This document shows positions 17,593 to 25,021 of a DNA stretch of 25,378 bases, in pieces (positions within the stretch are counted from its first letter, which is position 1; each line of letters opens with the position of its first letter). The position numbers and the translations under genes were made by a program. This DNA is from a virus. Taxonomy: Duplodnaviria > Caudoviricetes. The DNA is taken from IMG/VR virus record IMGVR_UViG_3300008255_000445, positions 1 through 25,378 of that record, one strand, 5' to 3'. The notes beneath the pieces were generated by a model, which did no database searches, was not told where the DNA came from, and was given only the letters and a program-made list of their open reading frames with translations.

Positions 17593-17821
17593 TCGCCGCT
17601 TGTCGGCCATCGAAAGTCGCTTCGAAGAATTCGCAAAGCGTCTGACCGAGATCGAGAAAGAGAAGACTGCCAGCATCGCCGCACGCGATGCTATCGAAAA
17701 AGAACGGTCGGCAGCGGCTGAATGGTGGTCTCGCGTAGGCTCCTGGGTCGGGATCGCCGTCACCGTGATCATGGGACTGATCGCTGCGGCCTGGGCCTTG
17801 TTCGTGAGGGCTGAAAAGTGA
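17489..17821 (+). CDS. Holin-like membrane protein (coiled coil plus one C-terminal TM helix)
   Basis: AAGGAG RBS, heptad-rich N-terminal part, hydrophobic 'VGSWVGIAVTVIMGLIAAAWALFV'. Ends the late operon. Confidence 0.6.
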   Translation: MPPRNPSSMAADVSAIGAEIKFVREIIERGDSEADRRLSAIESRFEEFAKRLTEIEKEKTASIAARDAIEKERSAAAEWWSRVGSWVGIAVTVIMGLIAAAWALFVRAEK

Positions 17822-17909
17822 AAGCTGCGCCAGTGCAGGGCGAAGTCCGGCATCGCATCTAGGCTGGCCTAATCGACTGGGATGAGCACGAGGAGACCCG
17901 GTCGTCGAC

Positions 17910-17933
17910 TTATGACGGCTTTTATGACGGCTT
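17910..17933. repeat. 12-bp tandem direct repeat (ttatgacggctt x2), candidate integrase arm-type sites
   Basis: Exact duplication at 17910-17921 and 17922-17933, immediately 3' of the integrase catalytic domain. Confidence 0.65.
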
Positions 17934-17939
17934 TCGTTT

Positions 17940-18807
17940 TGAAGCTTGGCGAGGGCATCGATCGCTTCCTCGTGACTCTGAGGGCTCCAGCGTGTGTAGT
18001 AATTCGAAGTGAGTGCTGGGGTCGAGTGCCTGAGGAGTTTTTGCGCTAGGGATAGGGGGACGCCAGCCGCTGCCAGGTGTGTGCCGAATGTGACCCGCAG
18101 CGAGTGAAAGTCGAGCCGGCCCTCATTCGTTTCGAATGCGATCTGTGCACGATCGTCGAACCGGAGAATTCAACATCGCTGACTTGGAGTGCAGCGAGCT
18201 CGGACCGCCGAAGGCCGGAAGCTGCCGCGACTCCGTAAAGTAATCGGCGCGAGGGATTGATTGTCGGGATCGAGGTTAGAACGTCCAGCTCTTCGGGCGT
18301 CAGCGCGCGGCGCGGTAGCCTGGCCGGCTGTGACCTGGCCTTGTCAATAGCTTGCGCAGGATCCTTCGTCCAACGACCTGTGCGAGCTAGCCAGCGACAC
18401 CAGGCGCGAACGGCACCAATGGCCATGTTTTGGGTTCTCGCTGATCGGTCTGCAAGGTATCCCAAGGAGCGCTCAATGCTCGGGGTGTCGAACTCTTTCA
18501 TGGCCACCGCGCCAGAGTCCGCGATGATGCGCGCGATCGTCGCGCAGGTCTCGGTCACATGTCGTTTCGTTCGACCGCGTCGGAGTAGGTGATCTCTGTA
18601 CTCGGCGAGGAGATCGAGGCAAGTTAGTTCGGGCTGCGTCGGTTCGTCGCTCGCCCGCTCGCCGGCAAGAACTCTCCGATGGATCTCGGCGGCTTTATGG
18701 CGAGCGACTTTCGCTTCGCTAGTCCTGAGCGATTGGCGGTAGTCGATGCCTTCGTGCTGGAACCTGACCCAGTAGATGCCGCGCTTTCCTGATCGGTAGA
18801 TCTGCAT
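17940..18807 (-). pseudogene. int: Tyrosine integrase, internally deleted and frameshifted
   Basis: Frame 1 (18807 to ~18150) holds arm-binding and core-binding domains and box I 'SGLRRSEL'. The -1 frame from 18154 reads DRAQIAFETNEGRLDFHSLRVTFGTHLAAAGVPLSLAQKLLRHSTPALTSNYYTR (HxxR, H and catalytic Y). Only ~35 codons separate R from H. The lower coordinate is approximate because no stop follows the domain. Confidence 0.88.
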
Positions 18808-18971
18808 TTTTTACTTTCGATGTAAGCCTCAATATCACGGCTGTCATATCGGGTGAGCTGGCCGATGCGCAGGAATGGAATTGCGCCTGCAACACGCAGG
18901 CGATCCACTCCGCGCGCGCTGATTCCTAACCTCTCCCCGACTTCTGCGCGAGTTAATAATGGTTGCATCAC
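18624..18971 (-). CDS. xis: Excisionase / MerR-type HTH recombination directionality factor
   Basis: 'LLTRAEVGERLGISARGVDRLRVAGAIPFLRIGQLTRYDSRDIEAYIE' is a typical Xis HTH. GAGGAGG RBS. A low-complexity tail overlaps the int 5' end. Confidence 0.85.
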   Translation of the reverse strand: MMQPLLTRAEVGERLGISARGVDRLRVAGAIPFLRIGQLTRYDSRDIEAYIESKKCRSTDQESAASTGSGSSTKASTTANRSGLAKRKSLAIKPPRSIGEFLPASGRATNRRSPN

Positions 18972-19003
18972 TGCCTCCTCAAGCCGGCTTGATCAGACAT
19001 CGG

Positions 19004-19180
19004 TTAACCGTGAACGCGGCGCGAGCGCCACTCATTGATCGACCGATCTTCGCGAATCAGATTGAACAGCAATTGCGCCGCCAAAAGCTGGTTTGCCTCT
19101 GACTTTGACTCTTCGATGATCGTGCGGCACAGCACGCCGATGCGAGTCAGGTCTCGCTCGTGCTCGTCTGGTTTGGTCAT
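19004..19180 (-). CDS. Small hypothetical protein (58 aa), not in the ORF track
   Basis: ATGA overlap with the ASCH stop. Reads MTKPDEHERDLTRIGVLCRTIIEESKSEANQLLAAQLLFNLIREDRSINEWRSRRVHG and fills the gap before xis. Confidence 0.6.
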   Translation of the reverse strand: MTKPDEHERDLTRIGVLCRTIIEESKSEANQLLAAQLLFNLIREDRSINEWRSRRVHG

Positions 19181-19560
19181 TGTGTGCCCATTTCTTTAAT
19201 GCCTGCGTCGCGCGGCTCCAAATACCCAAACTCAATCCGAGTGACAATCTGCGAAGGCAGGCAGCGCATGCGCATGGCCCGACAGAATACGGAGACAAAC
19301 TCCTGGGGACTGACCCCTGGCATGCCTTCGCGCTCGACGTCCTCCGCCGTAATTGCGTCGAGGCGCTCGCGCCGCACAGACACCACCCGAATGGGAGGAC
19401 CGAGGTGTTTCGGCTTCTGTGGGGCGCGAAATCCCATGACTCGATCAACGGGCTGAAGGAGCGTGCCCGCGCGCAGAGTGGCCCAGCCCGTGCGCCTAGT
19501 CACTGTCTTGGTTTGAGCCAGGATCTGAGGCTTGGTCATGGCAAAAGAAATAAGTCTCAT
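19177..19560 (-). CDS. ASCH domain protein
   Basis: 'ISF...QILAQTKTVTRR', 'IRVVSVRRERLDAITAEDVEREG', 'VTRIEF' form the ASCH/PUA-like signature. Confidence 0.85.
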   Translation of the reverse strand: MRLISFAMTKPQILAQTKTVTRRTGWATLRAGTLLQPVDRVMGFRAPQKPKHLGPPIRVVSVRRERLDAITAEDVEREGMPGVSPQEFVSVFCRAMRMRCLPSQIVTRIEFGYLEPRDAGIKEMGTQ

Positions 19561-20009
19561 TGTTCGACGACCTCGTAGATAGAGACCTCAGTCCGCGGAG
19601 AGTCCGCCCAACACTTTTGCACTCGGCCCAATTGTGCAACCTGGCAGTCATCGGCCCAAACCTGGCGAGCCTTCGTCACCCCGTCCAGAATTGCCTTGAT
19701 GGCGTTGTCAACGTCGGGAGCGCCTGTGTGGAGCATTCGCGATGGGCGTTGGCTGAGTCCTCGTGCTTTGAGAACTTCTTGCAATATTTTGCGACCTGGC
19801 CAAGCCCAAACGAATGAGAGAGAGATGGAGACAGGGCAGTGTTTCCGGATCGGTTCGCCACGCCAGACCTGGGCGACATGCCAAGCGATAGCCTCTTCCC
19901 AGGCCCGCGTCTTGTCGTCCGTCCAGCGAGCGTTGCCGGCTCCGCGAGTCCGGCGCCAATGGCCAGGTGCACCTGGAATGGCGAATGAGGCGCGCAGGAA
20001 CTCACGCAT
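19557..20009 (-). CDS. rusA: RusA family Holliday junction resolvase
   Basis: 'IPGAP...R.R', 'PDVDNAIKAILDG', 'WADDCQV' catalytic motifs are intact. Confidence 0.9.
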   Translation of the reverse strand: MREFLRASFAIPGAPGHWRRTRGAGNARWTDDKTRAWEEAIAWHVAQVWRGEPIRKHCPVSISLSFVWAWPGRKILQEVLKARGLSQRPSRMLHTGAPDVDNAIKAILDGVTKARQVWADDCQVAQLGRVQKCWADSPRTEVSIYEVVEQ

Positions 20010-20958
20010 TGCGGATCCCTACGCTTCTCAGCAATGCGGCCGCGGCGCAGACGAGTGCCTGATCGGGCTCTTTGGGGTCGCCGGCGGCGAGCAGAACATC
20101 GACTGCTTTGAGGATTCTCTCGTATCGACACGATAAGTCGATAAGCTTCTGGCGCATTTTGTCGACGCCATTGAGCGTCGTCGGATCACGCGGTTTAGAT
20201 GGCCACAGGCGCCGACGAATCCGAGACCGGCTAAGTCCGGTCTCGCGCTGAATGACGTACTGTGACGCCCCGGACTCCCGCAGCTTGTGAGCGATTCCCC
20301 AGAGCTCTCTCTCCCAGCGCTCTTCCTCGGCCACTAAGGCGTCAGCTTCGGCCTCGCTGATCGAGCCCTTGGGAAGCTCGATGATCGCGCCCTTGGGTTC
20401 GGGCTCGACAACGTCGCATTTCTCGACGAAGTCAGAGCCTGTGACCTCAGGCCGAGGGCCTGGATCGCTGCTGAGAGGCTGCTTGCTGACATCGCAGTGA
20501 TTAATTTTCGTGGCCTTTTCAATCACGCGCTTCTTTTTTCTCATCTTGTCCTTCCAATCAATGTCGAGCTGGTAGATGTCCTGAGTCTGGCAGTCCCAGC
20601 GTTTCGCCAACGTCGAGGCGCTGATCTCCATGGAGCGATACTCGGAGAGACCAGCGAGTAGCTCGGCCTCATCGATTCGCTCGGCAAGCCTTAGCTTCGG
20701 CTTGACCTTTGGCCCCTTTGTGACAACGGGCGTCTCGCCGAGCTCCCGATCAATGCGATAAAGCCTCGACCTGGTCTCTCCCAGCGGTCTGCCCTCGTCT
20801 TTGGGAAATCGCTTACGCTCCGGTGGAATGCGAGGAGTGACCTCGCCAACGCAGCGCTTTGGGCAGTAGCGCGCCGAAATCTCGCCGCTTGACCTCTCCC
20901 AGGTTGTCAGCGCCACATTCAATTCGCGGCCGCAATTCGCGCAGTTCACTTGAAACAT
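20002..20958 (-). CDS. Hypothetical multi-domain DNA-binding protein (Zn ribbon plus two HTH-like segments)
   Basis: N-terminal CANC...YCPKRC. HTH-like 'ISASTLAKRWDCQTQDIY' and 'GASQYVIQRETGLSRSRIRRRL'. Confidence 0.6.
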   Translation of the reverse strand: MFQVNCANCGRELNVALTTWERSSGEISARYCPKRCVGEVTPRIPPERKRFPKDEGRPLGETRSRLYRIDRELGETPVVTKGPKVKPKLRLAERIDEAELLAGLSEYRSMEISASTLAKRWDCQTQDIYQLDIDWKDKMRKKKRVIEKATKINHCDVSKQPLSSDPGPRPEVTGSDFVEKCDVVEPEPKGAIIELPKGSISEAEADALVAEEERWERELWGIAHKLRESGASQYVIQRETGLSRSRIRRRLWPSKPRDPTTLNGVDKMRQKLIDLSCRYERILKAVDVLLAAGDPKEPDQALVCAAAALLRSVGIRNA

Positions 20959-20967
20959 TTCAACGGC

Positions 20968-21276
20968 TCAACTTATCGATGGCGGTTGCGAGAGCGTCGA
21001 GCACGCGGCGACAATGAGTCGCCGCTCTTGTTCGCAACCGCTGCCCGGTACGCATTTGCAGCCGAGTTTCGATTTCATAGAGAGAGCTGACTTTGCAGTA
21101 GCCCAGCTGGCGATCCACGGGTCCGAGTCTTTGGTGATTTCGCTCACCGGAATGGTGATTCGAGAAACCATTAAGGACTCGATGGACAGGTCAATACCCT
21201 TGAGATAGGGCGCCAAGATTGCCAGGGGCAGTTCCACGACTTCAGGGTCGTTGCTTTTTGTGGCCGTTTTAATCAC
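20968..21276 (-). CDS. Hypothetical protein (102 aa)
   Basis: AAGGAG RBS before GTG, fits the operon, Cys-rich C-terminus. Confidence 0.6.
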   Translation of the reverse strand: MIKTATKSNDPEVVELPLAILAPYLKGIDLSIESLMVSRITIPVSEITKDSDPWIASWATAKSALSMKSKLGCKCVPGSGCEQERRLIVAACSTLSQPPSIS

Positions 21277-21337
21277 GTCTCGTTCTCCTTCAATCTAGTT
21301 TTCGTAACAGCGACAAGGCCACTCCGTAGCCTCGTTG

Positions 21338-22954
21338 TCAGTCGTCTTCGCCAAGCTCCTCACCTTCAGCAGTCGCAGGAGCCTTGAGGCCGAGGTGATC
21401 GAGCAGCCGGTCGATGACCTTCGCATCGTCTTCCTCGAAATAACCTTGGTCTCTGATATTGAGGAAATCAGCGAACTGAATCCGCATGACCTCGCGCCCC
21501 TCGTTGCCCGAATCTTCGGCGACGAACACTTCCTCGAACTGCTCGCGAAGATTCATTCTGTCCAGGTCATCAGCTCTGTAATTCGGAATCATGATGGCGA
21601 GAGTTGTCAAAAGAAGGTCCCGCGGAGTCGGATTGAAATCTTTGTTGGCGAGAGCCTGAGCGACCCATCTGTAGTCGCGGATCACAGTGTTCTGCAGAAA
21701 CATCGGAGAGCGAGAAACTTCAGGGTCTGATGTAGCAGCGCCGGTCGTGACTTCGGAAGGCTTGGACCTTGCATCTTTGATCCGGGCATCGGCCGCTGCA
21801 TCTTTGATCCGGGCATACTCCGCCTGGCTGATGGCCTCCGTGTATTGGTCTCGGCCAGGCAGACTGACGACCTGGCGCTCTGCCCTAAGGCCGCTCTCCG
21901 CTTCGAGCTCGGTGACTCTGGCCCGAATATCGTCGATATCCAGATCCAGCCAGTGAAAGCGCTCGACTGCTGGTACTTTAACGGGCTCGATCTTGCCCAA
22001 GCGTTCGAGCATCCTCGCGTTGACGACTTTAATCTTCGATCGCCAACACGCGCGATCGAGACAGCGGTCGTAATCCAGCGCTCCAAACAGATCGCGCTGA
22101 GTGCTGGCCCTCTTCGGGCAAGCAGAACAAGCGCCACCCGGAAGACTCGAGTCTTCAATGTCGAAAGGTGCGTGTCGCAGCTTCTCGTCCTTGCGGCGCA
22201 ACCATTCGCGGACCAGGACTTCTGTGATCTTTGGGCCAGGCGTCAGACGTAGCTCGTGAGCAGTGCCCCAAACCTTATCGATCGTCGGCGTCACGTACTC
22301 GCCAAAGACCGCGCTCTGATCCTCTGAGCCAAGGGCGGCCACAGCCAGGGCTGCACCGAGGGTCACGGCGTTATCCAAGCGCCAGTAATCACGCCACTCC
22401 TGAGAAAGATTGAGGAGGGACAGGCGCTTCCTGATTGTCAGCGCCTGGATACCGACGTTCTCGGAGATGGCCTCGACCGTGCCCAGGAGATCGAGCAGCT
22501 CGCTGTAGGACTGGGCCTCGTCGAGCGGATGAAGGTCCGTGCGCACGGCATTCTCGGCAGCCTGAATGATGCGGACGCTTTCCTCATCACAGACCACCAG
22601 ATAACGGACCTCGATTTCCTCAAAGCCAAGCAACACGCAGGCCGCAACTCGCCGGTGCCCAATGACGATCTCTTTGCGCCCACCAAGGCCGGCGCGAACG
22701 ATCGGCAAGTGCAGCAGGCCGTTTTCTTGAATGCTGGCCGCGAGCTCGCCCACATCCAGCGTGTCGCGCCGGGGCTGAAGTGGGCTCGGATCTAGGTCTC
22801 TCGGATCAACCTTGATGACCGTCATGAGCGACACCGAGCTCATGGTTTTCTCGGTGAGCTTCGTCGAGGCCTTCTTTTGCGTAGTAGTCGCTGGCGATTT
22901 AGAGGCCTTCTTTTTCGCCGAGGCCTTCGTCGGTTTCTTCGTCGTAGTTCTCAT
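21338..22954 (-). CDS. parB: ParB/Spo0J family protein (CTPase domain, HTH, Cys cluster)
   Basis: 'PSPLQPRR', 'ELAASIQENGLLHLPIVR', 'IVIGHRR' arginine patch, 'ENAVRTDLHPLDEA', then 'APFD...GACSACPKR...LF...CLDRACW..K'. Confidence 0.9.
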   Translation of the reverse strand: MRTTTKKPTKASAKKKASKSPATTTQKKASTKLTEKTMSSVSLMTVIKVDPRDLDPSPLQPRRDTLDVGELAASIQENGLLHLPIVRAGLGGRKEIVIGHRRVAACVLLGFEEIEVRYLVVCDEESVRIIQAAENAVRTDLHPLDEAQSYSELLDLLGTVEAISENVGIQALTIRKRLSLLNLSQEWRDYWRLDNAVTLGAALAVAALGSEDQSAVFGEYVTPTIDKVWGTAHELRLTPGPKITEVLVREWLRRKDEKLRHAPFDIEDSSLPGGACSACPKRASTQRDLFGALDYDRCLDRACWRSKIKVVNARMLERLGKIEPVKVPAVERFHWLDLDIDDIRARVTELEAESGLRAERQVVSLPGRDQYTEAISQAEYARIKDAAADARIKDARSKPSEVTTGAATSDPEVSRSPMFLQNTVIRDYRWVAQALANKDFNPTPRDLLLTTLAIMIPNYRADDLDRMNLREQFEEVFVAEDSGNEGREVMRIQFADFLNIRDQGYFEEDDAKVIDRLLDHLGLKAPATAEGEELGEDD

Positions 22955-23096
22955 TGGGATTCAGTCCTTCAGCCAATCTTCGTTGTGGTCGTCGAGCGCT
23001 GAGCTCAATTTCGTCGTCGTGGAAAACTCGGCGCTCGCAGTCGATTCGGGGCTCGTGATAGCCCTGGCACCTCCAACAACAGCGCTCGTCAGTCAC
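22899..23096 (-). CDS. Small CxxC-x3-H-x5-C protein (65 aa)
   Basis: GGAGGT RBS, GTGA overlap with the upstream stop, 'CWRCQGYHEPRIDC' motif, acidic tail. Confidence 0.5.
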   Translation of the reverse strand: MTDERCCWRCQGYHEPRIDCERRVFHDDEIELSARRPQRRLAEGLNPNENYDEETDEGLGEKEGL

Positions 23097-23830
23097 CGGC
23101 GCGACCTCCGATGACTGGCCGCCTGAGGGCAGTTCGCAAAATGACTGGTTCCGTCCGCATTCCAGGGGCAAGGCTTGCCCTTGGATGAGGGGCGCCAGTA
23201 AATGACCTGGTCGCAGCTCCGGCACTTTCCGATATCACCCTTGGGCTCCTCGGGGGCCTGCACTGGCGCCTCGGCCTCAGGGTCTCCGTATCGCCCGATC
23301 ATCCATTCCGGGATGCTTCGCCGCTGTGGAAGGTCCGCCGGCGGCGGCGCCGGCGGAGTCGGGCGCCGGTGAGTCCAGCCCTTGAGAACCTGAATCCCTC
23401 CGCCTTTGCGCTCGATCACAGGGCGGTGGCCATGGGCCGCGTGCGACTCACAGTCGATGGCCAGTCGCAGGGCATGGGCCATCGCTTCGTCCTCTGTGCA
23501 GCGCCGTAAATGCGCCAGGGCCCGCAGACTCTCGGCGTGCTCGTCCCGAACAATCACATCTCTCTCCCCGGGGGCAATCGCCCCGCGATAACGCCACTCC
23601 CAAAGATCGGCCTGTCGTTGATCCTCAGGGGGTGACCAGGTCATGGACTTGAACGCCCGGCGGCTGGACCACTGGCCACCGAGGCGCCGACAAATGCGAA
23701 TCACATCGAGGTCTTCGGCGAGGTTTTCAGCCGCCATCCAAGCTTCTGACTCAGTCGTGTAGATCCCTGCGAAGCGCGGAGACGTTGCTTTTTCAGTTTC
23801 GACGAGGGCCAGAAATTGAGGGGAGCTCAC
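23093..23830 (-). CDS. Multi-domain protein: RHH-like middle domain, Pro linker, C-terminal Zn-binding domain
   Basis: 'VIVRDEHAESLRALAHLRRCTEDEAMAHALRLA' is CopG/RHH-like. C-terminus reads 'CRSCDQVIYW...GKPCP...SHFANCP'. Confidence 0.65.
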   Translation of the reverse strand: MSSPQFLALVETEKATSPRFAGIYTTESEAWMAAENLAEDLDVIRICRRLGGQWSSRRAFKSMTWSPPEDQRQADLWEWRYRGAIAPGERDVIVRDEHAESLRALAHLRRCTEDEAMAHALRLAIDCESHAAHGHRPVIERKGGGIQVLKGWTHRRPTPPAPPPADLPQRRSIPEWMIGRYGDPEAEAPVQAPEEPKGDIGKCRSCDQVIYWRPSSKGKPCPWNADGTSHFANCPQAASHRRSRR

Positions 23831-24189
23831 AGGCCACCTCCGCTTTTGAAATCAAAGGACGCGAGGAATTCGGCGATCGCCAGGCGCCGCTTATCGATCC
23901 AGGCCTCGCTGTGCTGATAGATGACAACCTCACTGATGGCCCCCGATTCGGTGTCTTCGGCCAAATCGAAAACCTCAGCCCATTGGTCGATGTCAGTGCG
24001 GTGGCGCCAGCAGCTACCGATGAAGGTGCCCTCGACGCGGTTCAGCGGGGTCTTTGGCTCGCTGCCGAAGTCTGCGCCGTCAGAACCAATCGCCAGAAGT
24101 CGAGTAATGTAAATCTGCAGAGGAGACAGGGCTCCTGGCCGCCAGGCTAGGCACCACTGTCCGATCCACGATTCGTAGTAGGGATTCAA
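23827..24189 (-). CDS. Hypothetical protein, paralog of the C-terminal domain of 24186-24791
   Basis: GGAGG RBS, TTGA overlap, WIGQW and GSCWR motifs. Confidence 0.62.
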   Translation of the reverse strand: MNPYYESWIGQWCLAWRPGALSPLQIYITRLLAIGSDGADFGSEPKTPLNRVEGTFIGSCWRHRTDIDQWAEVFDLAEDTESGAISEVVIYQHSEAWIDKRRLAIAEFLASFDFKSGGGL

Positions 24190-24791
24190 GAGCCGCCTCC
24201 CGCCACAAAGGTGCCGAAATGCAAAACGGTGCGACAGTCCCTGGTGATGCAGTCGCCGGGGTCCAGGCTCAGCGTCGGGCGGAGCTTGAGCTCCTCGATG
24301 CGGCTGGGTGTCGAGGCGGTTTCAAGGAGCTCAATCGCCTCGAACTCGCCGGACTGGCCGCTGACTCTCCAGCGAGAGCCCACGACGAGGCCGACGACGA
24401 GGGAGAGGTCGAGGCGCACCTGCACGTAGGAGGGCCCCATCCACACATCGAGCGTGGCGACCTTGTCCTCGACGGCCTCCAGGGTTGCAAAGTAGTAGCC
24501 CAATGAGGACTCGCGCCGAACGATCACCCATTGACCGAGCCAGGGATGCGAGAGGAGTGTCGGGGTTGGGCCAGGCTTGAGCTTGGCGAGCTCGACCTCG
24601 AGGCTATCGATCCTCTCCGCGATCGCGCACTCGCCAGAGATGCCGTAGCGCATCATTCGGCGGACCCACCCCTGAATCTCGGCGCGACGCTTTGCGATCG
24701 AGCGAGAGCGGCGACCCGTGCGACGGTCCCAAACACCGCCCTGGCGAGGGTCTGGTGGCTCTGGAGAGCTCATGATCATCGTGAAGCTCAT
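24186..24791 (-). CDS. Hypothetical protein with possible Sm-like beta-barrel domain
   Basis: ATGA overlap at 24788-24791 with GGGGAGG RBS. 'HPWLGQWVIVRRESSLGYYFATLEAVEDKVATL' resembles the Sm1 pattern. Confidence 0.62.
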   Translation of the reverse strand: MSFTMIMSSPEPPDPRQGGVWDRRTGRRSRSIAKRRAEIQGWVRRMMRYGISGECAIAERIDSLEVELAKLKPGPTPTLLSHPWLGQWVIVRRESSLGYYFATLEAVEDKVATLDVWMGPSYVQVRLDLSLVVGLVVGSRWRVSGQSGEFEAIELLETASTPSRIEELKLRPTLSLDPGDCITRDCRTVLHFGTFVAGGGS

Positions 24792-25018
24792 GCCGCCTCC
24801 CCGTGGTCGATGGCAGACCATGAGCCGTCAACATCGAGGTGCCACACCGATTTGCTCTGCCGGCAACGAACTTCGACTGGTCCCCCAGCTCGCCACCACT
24901 CGTTACGGCGCGCGGCCCGAAGAGCCTCAAACTCAGCAGCTCCTCTTGCGGCTTCGTGCGCCAAGCGCGGACCAGCAATGACTCCTGGGACTCGCGCAAC
25001 CTTTCTCCTCCGTGGCAT
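24788..25018 (-). CDS. Hypothetical protein (76 aa)
   Basis: GGGAGG RBS. Ends in 'GEAA*', which encodes the next gene's RBS, typical of phage early operons. Confidence 0.58.
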   Translation of the reverse strand: MPRRRKVARVPGVIAGPRLAHEAARGAAEFEALRAARRNEWWRAGGPVEVRCRQSKSVWHLDVDGSWSAIDHGEAA

Positions 25019-25021
25019 GTG

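Noticed and set aside
46-17821. Gene transfer agent or tailocin interpretation
   Set aside because: Short rulers and a dead integrase are suggestive, but the module is attached to a full phage early operon, has a lambda cos-type Nu1/GpA terminase and a capsid, and no host genes flank it.
15284-17909. Diversity-generating retroelement or invertible tail-fibre cassette
   Set aside because: No reverse transcriptase, invertase, TR/VR pair or inverted crossover repeats are visible.
17822-17909. tRNA-derived attP core
   Set aside because: No GGTTCGAnTCC T-arm or CCA-ending tRNA fragment on either strand.
18046-18150. C-terminus 'HRSHSKRMRAG...SPYP' of the 253-aa ORF as a real integrase segment containing the catalytic Lys
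   Set aside because: The same bases in the -1 frame give a much better integrase match (IAFETNEGRLDFHSLR). The SKR is most likely coincidental out-of-frame sequence.
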